From Octopus sinensis (Eukaryota): a DNA stretch of 64,000 bases. Within the stretch, counting starts at the first letter, position 1, and every line of letters starts with the position of its first letter. Made by a program: the position numbers and the translations under genes. Below are positions 62,885 through 64,000 of the stretch, in pieces. The notes beneath the pieces are model-generated. The model was given only the letters and a program-made list of their open reading frames with translations. It did not search any database and was not told where the DNA came from. Location: NCBI RefSeq assembly GCF_006345805.1, contig NC_042998.1, positions 11,532,001 through 11,596,000 on the forward strand. Reading direction: 5' to 3'.

Positions 62885-64000
62885 ATTCTCTTTAATATCA
62901 AATCATGAGAAAACTTTAAATATATCCAAAGTGTATAGTTTTGATTCCTAATGTATGTAGATAACCTATTATTTAGATACACCGGTTTCATTCAGGTTTA
63001 CAACTTAATATGTTTACAAATAAACATGTTGCATTGCTTCAAGTCACAAGTCATCTCTGAGCAAGCAAACCTGTGATCAGAACATTTTAGCCATGACCAT
63101 TTTCACTTATTTTCAGTGTCTTTGGCATCATTATCCATTGTCCTTTTCAAAGATGATTGGGTGTGGTCTGAGGGGAATTTGCCTCCTATTTCTCATAGAT
63201 TGGATGGCTTCATAGACCAGACAGGAGTCCCTGGTTATCATTATTTGAAAAGTGAGCCACAGAAGACATGGCTTATTAGGTGGGCTGTAGTTCTAGAAAA
63301 ATTCAAGAAAGGTTTTGGTTAGACATGCCATTCAGAAAGTCCTGTGGACCACAGCTTGCCCATTATTGTTATAGGCACTCCCTTATTGATTTGTAAATAT
63401 GTGATTGGGTACATGCTAGATTATAATGGATGATAAGTTGATTTGTTATTGTTTTATATCCTGCTCAGCCTTGATGAAGCAAACATATGATCAAAGTTAT
63501 TCCAGCTGTGATTATCCTTTGAGAAAAATTTGGCTATTGTATTTAGCAGTTAGAAGAACAATGTAGACATTCCTCTGTTGATTGGTTGTTACTGAATCAT
63601 TAACTGAACAAATGCCTTGTGGTATTGAGTTTCAGCCTTTTACTCCATTCTGAGTTCAAAGCCCACTAAACTTGGCTTTGCCCTTCATTTTCTTACAAAA
63701 TAAAATACCAATCAAGTACTGGGTTGTTTCATATTCCTAGATTTGAATAGAATTACAACAGAAAAGTTTGAAGTTCACTGTTCTAAATATACAACCTTGA
63801 TGTAAATGGAATTTCAAAAAAAACTGTATGAACTTTTGTATTTGTATTTGGTTTGCAAGATTCTTGTTGTAAACTTGTGTGTTGAAACGTGTTTTGTATC
63901 TTGGGAGGGTCATTATATCAAAATAAACATGTGCCCTGGTTTTGTTTCACTTTATTATTAGTTAGTTGGTTAATCATTGATTAAATAATTGATCAATCAA

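Noticed and set aside
62067-62991. Long ORFs of 260-292 aa (SL- or ER-rich)
   Set aside because: Translations of a (CT)n tract, which lacks stop codons.

Overview
Animal genomic DNA, most likely an octopus (inferred from the tRNA-derived SINE families and the heavy microsatellite load). The only host protein-coding gene supported is the 5' half of an alpha-catenin gene on the + strand. It has seven coding exons (ATG at 38416 to the donor at 59787, 353 codons), and the gene continues beyond the window. Candidate non-coding first exons end at 18865 and 20997. Positions 1-3669 hold ORF2 and the 3' UTR of a Tx1-type LINE that ends directly on a (CT)n tract. Positions 3912-10785 are a ~3.85 kb tandem duplication containing repeated modules that look like divergent promoter/first-exon units. 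The rest is transposon-dense intergenic and intronic DNA: three SINE families, RTE and CR1 LINE 3' ends, non-autonomous Helitrons, mariner/Tc1/maT relics, hAT and piggyBac-type MITEs, fold-back elements with hammerhead-like cores, and a decayed U6 copy fused to a SINE inside a hAT MITE. Most other ORFs in the track are microsatellite or SINE artefacts. All family assignments are from remembered motifs, not from database searches.
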